Position numbers and translations under genes: made by a program
Notes under the pieces: model-generated
What the model was told of the DNA's origin: nothing
What the model saw: the letters and a program-made list of their open reading frames with translations, nothing else
The model's database searches: none
Source of the DNA: Cyanophyceae cyanobacterium
Lineage (GTDB): Bacteria > Cyanobacteriota > Cyanobacteriia > Cyanobacteriales > Laspinemataceae
Assembly: GCA_038321985.1 (NCBI GenBank)
Contig: JBBQFN010000005.1
Span: forward strand, 64,001 to 128,000
Direction: 5' to 3'
DNA: 64,000 nucleotides
Shown here: positions 1 through 10,481 of the stretch, one piece after another
How positions within the stretch are numbered: the first letter of the stretch is position 1
Layout: the number at the start of each line of letters is the position of its first letter

Positions 1-226
1 GTTCCTGCAACCGATATTGCAGTTGAGTAATCTCGGAACCCGCATCTCCAGGACGAATCAGTGCAAATGCGGGAGAACCGATCGCTAAGAAGGAGGTGAA
101 AGCGCCCAGGGCGATCGCTCCTATCCTTGTTCCCCAGCCTTTTTTAGGCCAGTTTACCTGTACTGAGGGGATTTCTAAGGCTTCATTGTAGGCTTCGGCA
201 AGATGGATGAATGCAAGAGACTCCAT
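1..226 (-). CDS. 5' part of an exported peptidoglycan-binding-domain protein (runs off the window start)
   Basis: Not in the ORF track. ATG at 226 preceded by GAGGAG. Translates MESLAFIHLAEAY...AIGSPAFALIRPGDAGSEITQLQYRLQE: a signal-like segment, then the LxxGxxGxxVxxLQxxL start of PG_binding_1. Confidence 0.8.
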   Translation of the reverse strand, partial: MESLAFIHLAEAYNEALEIPSVQVNWPKKGWGTRIGAIALGAFTSFLAIGSPAFALIRPGDAGSEITQLQYRLQE

Positions 227-682
227 TGCGTTAACTCCTCGGGTAGATTTACCAAGATTCTAATCGCGATCGGGCTATTTTGGATCCCCTATTTTAAAAA
301 TTTTTCTTAAGAAAGTTAAGGAGATGGAGAGAAGCAGGACCGTTGCAGAGTTCGGACAGACGCGAAATTTTGCCTCTCTCCAGTCGTCTTCCCCTGTTCG
401 TAATAACGACTTTAGTGGTTTCATAAGTTCGTCATCACTCATCTGTACCCCTCTTCCCCCTCTCCTTAACTCCAATAAGAGTGCAAATACGCCGGTAAAA
501 GTTTCTTGATTTGCTGAGTTACTAACGGTTGAAATTTGCCATCTCGTGTTAGAGAGAGTCTCCGCAGATTCCGCAGGGCTTCTACGACAACCAGGGCTAC
601 CAGTTCGCTAATTGGGGAGCCTTTAATCGATAAAATTCAGCTAATTTACCGGGGAATTGAGAATACAAATCCGCATCCCTAA

Positions 683-974
683 GATACTCACCGCACTGTC
701 ACCGTCTTAGCAAAGACGGAAAACCGCACCGTAGGTGAGATTTTAGGAGATTTACAGCCTAAAATTCAGGAGATGCGCCGTCCGTGGCCGCAGAGGTATA
801 ATTATAAATTTGCGGGAGAAGCGCAGACTCAAATTCGGCAGTGATTGGGATTATTTCCAGTGATCCAGTAGGGTTTCCTGTCTGCACCGCAAGGCGATCG
901 CCTTGCTGGTGGTTCCGGCTTTATATTTATTGCTCACTCCAAAACCCTCCGTAGCCGTAGAACATTTGAAATAA
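683..974 (+). pseudogene. Relic of an AcrB/AcrD/AcrF (RND) efflux permease, C-terminal fragments
   Basis: Colinear fragments in different frames: RTVTVLAKTENRTVGEILGDLQPKIQEMRRPWPQRYNYKFAGEAQTQ, AVIGIIS, SDPVGFPVCTA, AIALLVVPALYLLLTP...stop. No start codon and only about 290 bp. Confidence 0.7.
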
Positions 975-1039
975 ATGTCCAAAAATGAGACCTACTCTCG
1001 ATAAAATACAACAGAACCCCCGAATGTTTTAAAGGTACT

Positions 1040-1963
1040 GTGGAAGGATTTCTGAATCTCAACAAACCTGCTGGCATGACCTCTCATGACTGCGTATCCC
1101 GGATCCGAAAACTGTTACGAACCAAGCGCGTAGGACATGGTGGCACCTTAGATCCAGCAGCAACGGGAGTGTTACCGATCGCTGTCGGTAAAGCAACGCG
1201 CCTGCTGCAATACCTGCGTCAAGACAAAGCGTATCAGGCAACCGTGCGTCTAGGAATAACCACGACTACCGATGATTTAGAAGGGGAAGCAGTCGCTTCG
1301 GCACCCGTTCCGGAACTGACTTGGGAACAGGTAGAGGCGCAATTACCGCAGTTTGTCGGTAAAATTTCCCAGATTCCCCCCGCCTACAGTGCGATTCAGG
1401 TTCAGGGAAAGCGTTTGTATGACTTGGCAAGGGCGGGGGAAATTATCGAAGTACCCCCTAGAATGGTCGAAGTCTATAAAATCGAAGTGTTACAGTGGCG
1501 CGAGGGAGATTTTCCAGAAATTGACCTGGCGATCGCCTGTGGACCCGGGACCTATATCCGAGCGATCGCCCGGGACCTGGGTAGCGTTTTGGGAATCGGT
1601 GGCACCCTGGCACATCTCACCCGGACCGAAAGCTGTGGGTTACCTCTACAGGAGAGTATAACCTTTGAGGAGATAGAAACTCAGGGCACTCAGGGGACGT
1701 TTCAACTCATCCCACCCGATACGGTGTTAGCCCATTTAAGCCAGATTTCTTTAAATTCTCCCGATGCCCGTCGCTGGTGCCAAGGGCAACGAATTTCCCT
1801 CTCGGATATTAGTCAAGTTGTATCGCCCCTGCGGATTTGTGCAGAAGATGGCACATTTTTAGGGATTAGTGAGATTGAATCATCCGATAGCGAGTGGGTT
1901 TTAGTTCCGAAAATGGTGTTTGAACCGGATTTTTGGAAAGATGAAAGAACAAGTTTTTCCTAA
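1040..1963 (+). CDS. truB: tRNA pseudouridine(55) synthase
   Basis: [27 protein letters not shown] and [12 protein letters not shown] motifs. Confidence 0.97.
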   Translation: MEGFLNLNKPAGMTSHDCVSRIRKLLRTKRVGHGGTLDPAATGVLPIAVGKATRLLQYLRQDKAYQATVRLGITTTTDDLEGEAVASAPVPELTWEQVEAQLPQFVGKISQIPPAYSAIQVQGKRLYDLARAGEIIEVPPRMVEVYKIEVLQWREGDFPEIDLAIACGPGTYIRAIARDLGSVLGIGGTLAHLTRTESCGLPLQESITFEEIETQGTQGTFQLIPPDTVLAHLSQISLNSPDARRWCQGQRISLSDISQVVSPLRICAEDGTFLGISEIESSDSEWVLVPKMVFEPDFWKDERTSFS

Positions 1964-2075
1964 CGACTTTAGGAGTTATTTGGGGATTTAGTTATTTCTC
2001 ACACTAGACACCTAGTATCCTGATTAGGCATTTCCAGGGCGGGCCTAGGAATGCCTGAAATGACAGGCAATCGTT

Positions 2076-2251
2076 ACTACAAGCCGGGGAAATAAAGGGT
2101 TTATCCCCTGTTTGTAGTAACGACTTCAGTCGTTATCCCCCTTTAGTAATCCTCATTATCCTCACTAGAAGCCGGGGAAATGAAGTGCTTATCCCATGTT
2201 TGTAGTAACAACTTCAGTCGTTATCTCCCTTTAGTAATCCTCATTATCCTC
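2076..2251. repeat. Imperfect tandem duplication of an ~88 bp unit carrying a GTAG-hairpin repeat
   Basis: Units 2076-2163 and 2164-2251, each with GTTTGTAGTAAC(G/A)ACTTCAGTCGTTAT...TTTAGTAATCCTCATTATCCTC. Confidence 0.9.
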
Positions 2252-2258
2252 AAATTCT

Positions 2259-2711
2259 CTACCGTCTAAAATCTAAAACATTAGACCCGCGATTAGGCCG
2301 GTCCAGTCCAGCTTTGACCCATTCAATACAAGATTGTTCGGACTTAAATATTTTAGGTGCAGCGACATTTTGTAAATTATCAGGTTTATAATGATCATAA
2401 AAAAACTTGTCGGCCATTTGATAAATAATTATCAAATTTTCCTGATAAGTATAGCGATGTTTAAAAGTATCCATACATTCCTCCACATCCGAATTAATCT
2501 CCAGATGTTCTTGGGCGATCGCGATAATCCCTTCGAGGCTACTAGAATAAATTCCCGCCGGATTATGGGATTTATGCAAACTACCCCGATGTCCTAATTC
2601 CGAGAGTAATTGATAGGAATAAATTCGGTCCGTATCGACGGTGCCAAAAACATAAGGGATAATCAAATGACCGCAATCGGCGATCGAATATTCGTAAAGT
2701 AAACGAGTCAT
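2259..2711 (-). CDS. Hypothetical protein, possibly two similar small domains
   Basis: 150 aa ORF with ATG start filling the gap; no motif recognised. Confidence 0.7.
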   Translation of the reverse strand: MTRLLYEYSIADCGHLIIPYVFGTVDTDRIYSYQLLSELGHRGSLHKSHNPAGIYSSSLEGIIAIAQEHLEINSDVEECMDTFKHRYTYQENLIIIYQMADKFFYDHYKPDNLQNVAAPKIFKSEQSCIEWVKAGLDRPNRGSNVLDFRR

Positions 2712-2838
2712 GGTTTTGGGGCAGTCGGGTAGGGGGCAGTTGGGTTACCTAACCCAAATTTTATCACTTAGGGGGATGGGTCAGAAAGGGAGAGGGGCAT
2801 AACGACAGCAAGTGGGGACGTGAAACTGGGACAGCAAC

Positions 2839-2871
2839 TGTAAAGACGCAAAACAATTTTGCGTCTTTACA
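2839..2871. repeat. Perfect 15 bp stem-loop (small dispersed repeat or terminator-like)
   Basis: TGTAAAGACGCAAAA-CAA-TTTTGCGTCTTTACA just downstream of the thioesterase; a degenerate relative lies at about 355-381. Confidence 0.8.
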
Positions 2872-2889
2872 AATATCCTCCACACTCTG

Positions 2890-3378
2890 CTACTGGGATA
2901 GCTTAACTAAGGCATCTTTGACCGATTCAGGTAACCGGCGCATAATCCGGCCCTTTTCGATATCCACCGTAACTAGAGTAACCACTCCGGTTAGATACAA
3001 CTCCTGACCATCGAGGGACTGAATCTGATATTCCCAATTCAGGCGGACCCCATCCATTTTTAGCATTCGGGTTCTGACTAACGCCTCCATGCCCATTCGC
3101 ATCGGTTTATGGTAGCGCAATGCTAATTCGACTACGGGTAAATCGCACCCCAAGGCGACTAAATCCGCAAAATTGACTCCGATCGCCCGCAAAGATTCGA
3201 CTCGTGCCTCTTCCATCCAGGTTATGTAGGTACCATGCCAAACGATGCCAGCATAGTCGGTATGATGGGGATAGGCCCTCACGGGGTAATCAAACCAGCC
3301 CTCAGCAGATTTCTCGGCCATCGGGGCGATCGCTGGGCTAGGGGGGAGTTGGGGTTGTCTGTCTTTTTCCTCAGTCAT
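2890..3378 (-). CDS. Acyl-CoA thioesterase, 4HBT/YbgC hot-dog family
   Basis: TDYAGIVWHGTYITWMEEAR motif. Confidence 0.9.
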   Translation of the reverse strand: MTEEKDRQPQLPPSPAIAPMAEKSAEGWFDYPVRAYPHHTDYAGIVWHGTYITWMEEARVESLRAIGVNFADLVALGCDLPVVELALRYHKPMRMGMEALVRTRMLKMDGVRLNWEYQIQSLDGQELYLTGVVTLVTVDIEKGRIMRRLPESVKDALVKLSQ

Positions 3379-3570
3379 GTTACAAATCGATCCAAAACTC
3401 TACATTTCTACAGATTTTCAGTAGGTAATAAGTCTTACATTAAAAGATGAAATGCCTCAAGAGAGCAATCTCTCCGGTCATTTACCTCGACCGATAGAGC
3501 TTCGTTTGAACGGAATCGATTCAAGGGTTCATCCTTACATAGTATGCTGTTGTAGCCAGGAGCTAAACTT

Positions 3571-4398
3571 ATGATCCAAAAAATATTAGTCGCAGTAGCA
3601 GGAAGAGGACTCTGCGAAGAGATGGTCAAGATGTTAATGGACATCCCATCGTTTCAATCTGCCTCGGTGACGGTCTTGCACGTCGTGGCCCCTGAAATTA
3701 CCGCTGATGCCATGGCGGATAAGTTGGCCGAGGGTGGCAAAATCCTAGCCGATGCGGTCAAATTTTTGAACATAGACCCCCGCAAAGTTAATCCTCGACT
3801 AAAACAGGGAGACCCAAAAACTATCGTCTGTGAAGTGGCAGAGGAAGAAAATGCGGACCTGATCGTGATCGGATCCCGAGCTTTAGGACGCCTGCAAGCG
3901 ATCTTAGAAGGATCGGTAAGCCAGTATGTCTTCCAACTGGCTTCTCGTCCGATGTTGCTGGTCAAGGATGATGTGTACGTCAAGAAAATCAAGCGAATTG
4001 TCGTAGCGGTGGACAAATCCGACTCCGCTAAGCAATGTCTGGATTTGGCGCTGATGATGGTCAAAGATATTGATGGCGGACAACTGGAATTAGTACACGT
4101 CTCCTCAAAACCCATAGGCAAACCGGAAGAGGACCCTATATTAGCACTAGCGGTGGCAGAGGCGAAGAAATATGGCATTTCCTATCGCTGCCACACCCCG
4201 ACGGGAAAAGCCGGTGAAGAAATTTGCCGGTTGGCGGATGAGGTGAATGCAGATCTGGTGATGTTGGGTTCCCCCGATCGCCGTCCTAACATCGCTAAAA
4301 GCTTCGTGGACCTCGATCGCCTCTTAGGGGGGTCTCTCTCCGACTATGTGCGCGTTTATGCCAACTGTCCGGTGTTATTAGGTCGGACTTCGACTTAA
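3571..4398 (+). CDS. Universal stress protein with two USP domains
   Basis: KILVAV...ADLIVIGSR...GSVS and KRIVVAVD...DLVMLGS...GSLS; AGGAG RBS. Confidence 0.93.
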   Translation: MIQKILVAVAGRGLCEEMVKMLMDIPSFQSASVTVLHVVAPEITADAMADKLAEGGKILADAVKFLNIDPRKVNPRLKQGDPKTIVCEVAEEENADLIVIGSRALGRLQAILEGSVSQYVFQLASRPMLLVKDDVYVKKIKRIVVAVDKSDSAKQCLDLALMMVKDIDGGQLELVHVSSKPIGKPEEDPILALAVAEAKKYGISYRCHTPTGKAGEEICRLADEVNADLVMLGSPDRRPNIAKSFVDLDRLLGGSLSDYVRVYANCPVLLGRTST

Positions 4399-4430
4399 TT
4401 CACCATTTCAAGTTCCCCTCCACCTCATAA

Positions 4431-4464
4431 AAAAGGTGCCAAACGTTGCGTTTTGGCACCTTTT
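4431..4464. terminator. Bidirectional intrinsic terminator
   Basis: AAAAGGTGCCAAA-N8-TTTGGCACCTTTT between the convergent USP gene and psbM. Confidence 0.75.
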
Positions 4465-4583
4465 GTGATCATAACTGCGGCGGTAAGCGTACGCCATAGG
4501 GTCACTTACCGCCGAGTGTCGGAGTTAAAACCTGACCAAGCAACCGGAGATGTTCCAAGTGCCAGACAAAGCAACCCGTTGAT

Positions 4584-4694
4584 TTAGCTCTCCTTGCTTT
4601 TGCTAGCGGTTTGAATGTAGAGGATCAACAGGAACACGGCTGGGACCAGCACAAACAGAAGGCTTGCCACAAATCCTAGGTCATTAACTTGCAT
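4584..4694 (-). CDS. psbM: Photosystem II reaction centre protein M
   Basis: Below the ORF-track cutoff; translates [36 protein letters not shown]. Confidence 0.97.
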   Translation of the reverse strand: MQVNDLGFVASLLFVLVPAVFLLILYIQTASKSKES

Positions 4695-4831
4695 AGAACC
4701 CCACTATTTTTTCAATCTTAAAATTCAATAAGATCAGAATATCATTATTGATTGATTACCGTGAGGGTGATCTCCCTAAATTCTTTGAACTCATCCGGTG
4801 GGTGACTGGACCCCGGATTTAGAGTGAGGGG

Positions 4832-5128
4832 TTAGGGCTTAGTTTTGACGCTCACTGGGCCATTCACCACGGTTTGACAAGCCAGACGATAGCTAGGGGG
4901 CTTTTTCTTGAGTTTTTGATTTTCTACAGAAGTGCGATCCGAGAGATTTTCCATGCCTTCAACGACTTCGACGATGCAGGTGCCACATTGACCGTAACCG
5001 CCACAGTTCATCAATTTTCCGACAAACTTGTAGAGTTCGATACCATTTTCTAAGGCTTTGAGCCGCAAATTGGCTCCATCTGCCGCGACCACTTCCTTGT
5101 TTTCATCCACAAATTTGATATTAGGCAC
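4832..5128 (-). CDS. 2Fe-2S ferredoxin
   Basis: [11 protein letters not shown]...RLACQ cysteine pattern; upstream of psbM. Confidence 0.93.
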   Translation of the reverse strand: MPNIKFVDENKEVVAADGANLRLKALENGIELYKFVGKLMNCGGYGQCGTCIVEVVEGMENLSDRTSVENQKLKKKPPSYRLACQTVVNGPVSVKTKP

Positions 5129-5247
5129 TTCTCTTCTCCTAGTTGCGATCGAGCTATACCGATTTTGGCCGATGAGTATTCGGGGATTAGGCCGAGCAGT
5201 TGTGCTTACCCAGGGCCGATATTAGCTCCTCTCAAATTTTAGACCCA

Positions 5248-5265
5248 AATGTTAACTTCTGTAAA
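5248..5265 (-). promoter_or_regulatory. Candidate HLR1 (RpaB-binding) direct repeat
   Basis: Minus strand TTTACAGA-AG-TTAACATT resembles (G/T)TTACA(T/A)2-N2-(G/T)TTACA(T/A)2, about 120 bp upstream of ferredoxin-psbM. Confidence 0.5.
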
Positions 5266-5350
5266 GACTGACTGCATCCCCCTCACCCGGGAAGGGCAAT
5301 TCCAGAATTGCCCCTTCATTGAGCCGATAGGGGCTGCCCATTCCAGGAAC

Positions 5351-6958
5351 CTAGGGAGCAGAAACCAGCCCCTCATTAACATTTCCGATCGCCCGTTCCA
5401 TAGAAGCCAATGCCCGATTGTAGGTGACGATCGCCCGCAGGCGGTTATTGAGGGAGCGCGTTAGTTCCGTTTCCGCCGTCAGCACGTCTGTCTGAGTCCC
5501 CACCCCCGCTTGAAACCGTAACCGCGCTAACCGTAAACTTTCCCTCGCCTGATCCACCGCAATATTAGCGGTTTGGATATTCTCGAAATTCGATCGCAAG
5601 TTAAAAAAGGCTTGTTCCACCTGAAGACGGACTTGGTTGCGAAATTGCCCAAATCTTGTTTCGGCAATCTCAATATTACGCTCCTCTTGAACCGCTCTTG
5701 CTCTAGCGGCCCCCCCATCAAATAAATTCCATTGCACCCTACCCCCTAAGTTGTAACCATCGGCCAAATCCAAGTCATCGCCAAACACTTCTACAACGTT
5801 ATAGTTGGCAAACAAACTAACCTGAGGACCCAGGGCAGAAAGGGCGATCTGACGCTGATAATCCGTGAGTTCCCGCTGTAACAACAACTGCTCTAATTCG
5901 GCTCGGTTTCTCAACGCCAGCACGATGCTATCCTCTAAAGACAAATTCCAAAGCCCCGAAATTTCCACAGGCTCGGCGGCTGAAATATCCACCACTTGGG
6001 ACACGTTTAAAATCCGAGCGATTTCCCGGCGACGGATGCGCTGCTGTGCTCGGGCCTGGGTCAGGGCTTGAGCCGCATCAGCCAACTGCACCCGAGCACG
6101 GAGTACATCAAACCGAGTCCCCAATCCCGCTCGTTCCAGGGCTTCAGCGTCCCGCAAGCTCAATTCGGAACTCTGCACGGCAGATAGGCTAATTTCAATT
6201 TGGTCGTCGGCTTCTTGCAGGTTGTAATAAGCCTCCCGGACCTCTAAGCGCAAGTCGGCTAGCACCCGTTCTAGATCTAACTCACTGACGAGTACCTGGG
6301 TTTCGGCCAGCCCAATCTGACCCGATCGCCGACCAGAATTGTAAAGATCGTAGGATAGTTCCACTCCCCCATCTAAGCTGGTGTTGCCTCCCTCTGGGGG
6401 TGGGGCATTGTCTCCTAACTGCTGTCTTTGTCGCTGATTGGCTAAATCCGCACCTGTGGAATTTGATCGCGAGAGGCTCGATTGCACCCCCAAGGTCGGA
6501 TACAAGCTAGCACGGGATTCTCGTAAGGCGGCGCGATTACGTTCGACCGTAAGCAGGGCCTCTTGCAGTTGTTGACTGTTCTGTTCGGCAATTTGAAGCG
6601 CCTGTTCTAAGGTCAAGGGTTGGGTGCCAACAATCTCTACTTCATCGGGTTCTGTTGGAAACTGGAGGGGGTTGGGGTTGGGAGTCAGGTACTCGGGCAC
6701 GTCTTCTACCCGGGGAGTTGTTCCCTGGGCTTGTAAGGGTTCCATGGGCGCAGTTGGGTCCCGGGTTTCCCCCGGTTGAAGGGAGTCCCGAGGGGTTGAG
6801 GGGGTTTCAGGGGGTTGACTGGGGAGGCGATCGCCGGATGCCTCAGTCTGTCCGAAACTCGCGCCGATATCGCTTAAGGCGATTAGCGTTCCCATACCCA
6901 CTGTGATCAGATATCGAAAAGTTCCCATAAGTTTTTGATTCGGCGTGCAATTTAACAA
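5351..6958 (-). CDS. TolC-family outer-membrane efflux protein (true start probably the ATG near 6928)
   Basis: LTLEQALQIA, AYYNLQ, AGLGTRFDVLRA, RFQAGVGTQTDVL: two OEP repeats. Confidence 0.92.
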   Translation of the reverse strand: MLNCTPNQKLMGTFRYLITVGMGTLIALSDIGASFGQTEASGDRLPSQPPETPSTPRDSLQPGETRDPTAPMEPLQAQGTTPRVEDVPEYLTPNPNPLQFPTEPDEVEIVGTQPLTLEQALQIAEQNSQQLQEALLTVERNRAALRESRASLYPTLGVQSSLSRSNSTGADLANQRQRQQLGDNAPPPEGGNTSLDGGVELSYDLYNSGRRSGQIGLAETQVLVSELDLERVLADLRLEVREAYYNLQEADDQIEISLSAVQSSELSLRDAEALERAGLGTRFDVLRARVQLADAAQALTQARAQQRIRRREIARILNVSQVVDISAAEPVEISGLWNLSLEDSIVLALRNRAELEQLLLQRELTDYQRQIALSALGPQVSLFANYNVVEVFGDDLDLADGYNLGGRVQWNLFDGGAARARAVQEERNIEIAETRFGQFRNQVRLQVEQAFFNLRSNFENIQTANIAVDQARESLRLARLRFQAGVGTQTDVLTAETELTRSLNNRLRAIVTYNRALASMERAIGNVNEGLVSAP

Positions 6959-7389
6959 TAGTGATAGATTCAGACCAACACTTTTTAAGGTATAGCAGAT
7001 TGCGATCTTTGACAGCCGATCTTATTGACATTACTAAACGGCTTGGGATGCACCGGATTGGAAGTTGCTAGCGCGATCGCCACCCTACCAAACGCCTGCT
7101 TTTTTGCAAAGATAAGCGGCTGGGCTTTCCCCTGTCTACCTATATTGCGGTGATTGACGCACAATCCGGCTCCTGAGTTGCACGTTTAATTTTAACCGAG
7201 TTTCCGGGGTGATTGGCTTCGAGTTGGCTGAATTTTTACCAGTTTTCTGATTTCTTAATGGCTGTGGGGTTCTTTCAATCGGGGACGGGTATATAATTTT
7301 GTAATTTTTATGTAAGGGTTGAGTTGACTCTATTCTCCCCTTGTTTTAGCGATTTTTCTACCGCTTTAGGGGGTGCGATCGCGCGTTTT

Positions 7390-7680
7390 TTAGGATCGCC
7401 GTTGCTGTCTCGCGCCTGTTTGAAACCACAGCATAATCCCAGTAATAGCAAGGGTGATTAATCCCAGTCCGTTTAAGAGGGGGTAAACTGGGGCTAAATT
7501 TACGGGTCCAAATATACCCTGATGTAAGTCAAGTAAGACAATAAATTCTATTCTTTTCCCGCTAACTGCTGCCATTTGATACAATATGCCGGTGATGGCG
7601 GTCACGAGTAGGGGTAAAATTGCGATCGGGGCCAGAAGTCGGTGCAGTTTCCGTAATCGGGCTTTATTGATTGTCATCAT
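7390..7680 (-). CDS. Small PepSY-TM-like membrane protein
   Basis: LRKLHR...TGI...LHQG...TGI pattern. Start moved to the ATG at 7680 because the track start lies inside a repeat. Confidence 0.75.
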   Translation of the reverse strand: MMTINKARLRKLHRLLAPIAILPLLVTAITGILYQMAAVSGKRIEFIVLLDLHQGIFGPVNLAPVYPLLNGLGLITLAITGIMLWFQTGARQQRRS

Positions 7681-7858
7681 GGGAGATGGATTGATAGATA
7701 GGGTGAGGAACGACAGCAAGTCGTTACTACTAACTAAGAGGGAACGACTTAGAAAATATTATTGTAAAGGATTGAGGGTTGGTTTGGGGGGGATATAAGA
7801 AAGGACACGCGGTTGGCGTGTCCAAGAGAAAAAAGGCGATCGCTGGATTGATTCTATA

Positions 7859-8125
7859 TTAAGAACTTTCTTGATCATCGATTGCCGGTTCGGTTTTCTT
7901 TTTACTAAATAAAAACCACCACAGTTCTAATCCAATTAAGGTGACCCCTCCTACAATCACTCCGGCTTTTACGGGTAAGGGTTGTTCAATTTTTTGAAAT
8001 CCCTGCGATTGGGATTGTCTGTGCCCTGGCATTTCTGACATAGCTTCTGAGGTAGCAGTCGCGGCACTGGAGGAGACCAGAGCGATCGCAAGTAAGGGTA
8101 TCCAATATTTGGTAATTTTTAACAT
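7859..8125 (-). CDS. Small membrane protein linked to the Cu-ATPase; resembles the N-terminus of cyanobacterial cupredoxin-domain proteins
   Basis: Signal peptide, then FQKIEQPL...LIGLELWWFLFSK; 51 bp after the ATPase. Confidence 0.7.
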   Translation of the reverse strand: MLKITKYWIPLLAIALVSSSAATATSEAMSEMPGHRQSQSQGFQKIEQPLPVKAGVIVGGVTLIGLELWWFLFSKKKTEPAIDDQESS

Positions 8126-8176
8126 GGTTTTAGCCTTTTGTCAAGAGAAAGAAAATTTAATGCTCAATAGTTGCCA

Positions 8177-10438
8177 CTAGGAATGATGGGCGTTAAACTT
8201 GCGTAAGCGCAAGGCATTCGTGACGACGGAAACCGAACTCATTGCCATGGCAGCACCGGCTAGAATGGGATTGAGCAACCATCCGGTAAAGGGATAAAGA
8301 ATTCCAGCGGCGATCGGGATGCTGGCAGTATTGTAAACAAAGGCAAAAAAGAGATTTTGGCGGATATTTTGAATGGTGGCTTTACTCAGCTGAATGGCGG
8401 TGACGATGCTTTGTAAATCCCCAGAAATGAGGGTAATATCACTCGCGGCGATCGCCACATCGGTTCCGGTCCCGATGGCAATTCCAACATCGGCTTGGGC
8501 GAGGGCAGGTGCGTCGTTAATGCCATCTCCCACCATGGCTACAATTTTACCTTCGGCTTGTAATTCTTTAATTTTATCGGCTTTTTGCCCCGGACGGACT
8601 TCCGCAAAAACTCTGTCAATCCCCACTTCTTGAGCGATTGCTTCGGCAGTTTGGCGGTTATCTCCCGTTAGCATCACCACCTCTAATCCCAGGCGGCGTA
8701 ATCCTCGAATGGCAATAGCAGAAGAAGGCTTTAAGGCATCAGCAATTCCAAAGACGCCTTCGATTTGTCCATCTACAGCAATCAAGGGGCTAGTTTTGGC
8801 ATTAGATTCCCAATTTTCTTGATAGGTTTGTAATGCTTTGGTGTCAATGCCTAATTCCTGCATCCATCGGGCTGTACCGATTTGCACCACGCGGCTACTG
8901 ACGATCGCCTGAACTCCCCTGCCTGGGATGGCTTCAAAATTAGTAACCGCTGGAAATGGAGTTTCTACCCCTTGCACTTTGGCATACTCTACCACCGCTT
9001 CCGCCAACGGATGCTCAGAATTAATTTCTACGGCTGCGGCTAATCGTAATAGTTTAATCTCATTACTATGAGCAGTTCCCCCAACGGTAACATAATCAGT
9101 TACCGTGGGTTTACCTTGGGTCAATGTGCCGGTTTTATCTAAGACAATGGTTTGGATTTTATGGGCGAGTTCTAAACTATCGGCACTTTTGATTAAAATG
9201 CCATATTCAGCCCCTTTCCCCGTGCCTACCATAATTGAAGTTGGCGTTGCTAAACCTAACGCACAAGGACAGGCAATAATTAACACCCCAACGGTAGTAA
9301 TAATGGCGAGGGTAAGATTTCCCATGATGGCAAACCAGATCATAAAGGTGACGATCGCAATGGCAATTACCACCGGCACAAAGAATCCCGTCACGCGATC
9401 GGCTAACCGTTGAATTGGTGCTTTACTCCCCTGAGCATCTTGCACCAACTGGACAATTTGTGCTAACACGGTATCCTTACCAACTCGCAACGCTTTAAAC
9501 TTAAAACTCCCCGTTTTATTCATCGTCGCGCCAATTACTTCATCCCCGGTTTCTTTCTTCACCGGAACCGATTCTCCCGTCACCATTGACTCATCAATTA
9601 AAGAAGAACCCTCTAAAACCGTCCCATCCACCGGAATTTTTTCACCGGGACGAACTAAAATCACATCCCCAACCCCTACCTCTTGGATTGGAATATCAAC
9701 TTCTTGACCCTGGCGAATCACCCGTGCTGTTTTCGCCTGTAATCCCATTAATTTTCTAATCGCTTCTGAAGTTTGACCTTTGGCTCTATTTTCAAACAAT
9801 AAGCCTAGCAAAATTAGGGTAATAACTACCGCAGTGATTTCATAGTAAACTTCAGAATTTACCCCCGGAACAGTAAACAACCCTGGAAAAATTGAAACGA
9901 CTAGCGAATACAAATAAGCAGAACCCGTTCCCAATGCTACCAGAGTATTCATGTCAGCATGATGATGTTTAAAAGATTTCCATGCCCCTACAAAAAAAGA
10001 TTTTCCACACCAGATAAAAACAGGGGTTGTTAGCACAAATTGCACCCAAGGATGATGCAACCAATCGGGAATAAAGGGCCAAGCAATCCCCGTCATCATG
10101 GGGAGGGAACCAATCACCAAAATGGTGCTAATAATTCCCCCAAAAATCACTTTGCGTTGTAATTCTTGTTGTTCCGCTTGTCGGGATTGTTGTTCCGCAT
10201 CAATGTCTCGCATCCCCAATTCTTGCAGGGGTTCGGCAGTATATCCGGCATCAGATACAGCAGTTTGGATGCGATCGAGTTCCGTTTTTCGCGGATTATA
10301 CTTCACGCGCGCTTGTTCCGCGCTAAAGTTGACGATGCATTCTTCCACACCGGGAACGCCTTGGATTGCTTGTTCAATCTGGGTTGCACAGGAGGCACAA
10401 CCCATCCCTTTTAATCGCAAATTGACGGTTTCCATCAT
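8177..10438 (-). CDS. pacS: Copper-translocating P1B-type ATPase (PacS/CopA type)
   Basis: GMGCASC metal-binding domain, [26 protein letters not shown] and YN/MxxSS Cu(I) ligands. Confidence 0.93.
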   Translation of the reverse strand: MMETVNLRLKGMGCASCATQIEQAIQGVPGVEECIVNFSAEQARVKYNPRKTELDRIQTAVSDAGYTAEPLQELGMRDIDAEQQSRQAEQQELQRKVIFGGIISTILVIGSLPMMTGIAWPFIPDWLHHPWVQFVLTTPVFIWCGKSFFVGAWKSFKHHHADMNTLVALGTGSAYLYSLVVSIFPGLFTVPGVNSEVYYEITAVVITLILLGLLFENRAKGQTSEAIRKLMGLQAKTARVIRQGQEVDIPIQEVGVGDVILVRPGEKIPVDGTVLEGSSLIDESMVTGESVPVKKETGDEVIGATMNKTGSFKFKALRVGKDTVLAQIVQLVQDAQGSKAPIQRLADRVTGFFVPVVIAIAIVTFMIWFAIMGNLTLAIITTVGVLIIACPCALGLATPTSIMVGTGKGAEYGILIKSADSLELAHKIQTIVLDKTGTLTQGKPTVTDYVTVGGTAHSNEIKLLRLAAAVEINSEHPLAEAVVEYAKVQGVETPFPAVTNFEAIPGRGVQAIVSSRVVQIGTARWMQELGIDTKALQTYQENWESNAKTSPLIAVDGQIEGVFGIADALKPSSAIAIRGLRRLGLEVVMLTGDNRQTAEAIAQEVGIDRVFAEVRPGQKADKIKELQAEGKIVAMVGDGINDAPALAQADVGIAIGTGTDVAIAASDITLISGDLQSIVTAIQLSKATIQNIRQNLFFAFVYNTASIPIAAGILYPFTGWLLNPILAGAAMAMSSVSVVTNALRLRKFNAHHS

Positions 10439-10481
10439 TCAAACTCTCTCGTTACAAGGGTTGTTAGCAGTTGCTGAGTTC

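Noticed and set aside
275..509. Two short ORFs in the first intergenic region
   Set aside because: The region is a mosaic of degenerate dispersed repeats (e.g. 396-420; inverted GTTAAGGAGA/TCTCCTTAAC).
3654..4178. 174 aa antisense ORF, and similar shadows at 10098-10523, 21946-22368, 30897-31319, 47009-47407 and 55917-56237
   Set aside because: They overlap well-supported genes on the opposite strand and show no protein motifs; typical shadow ORFs.
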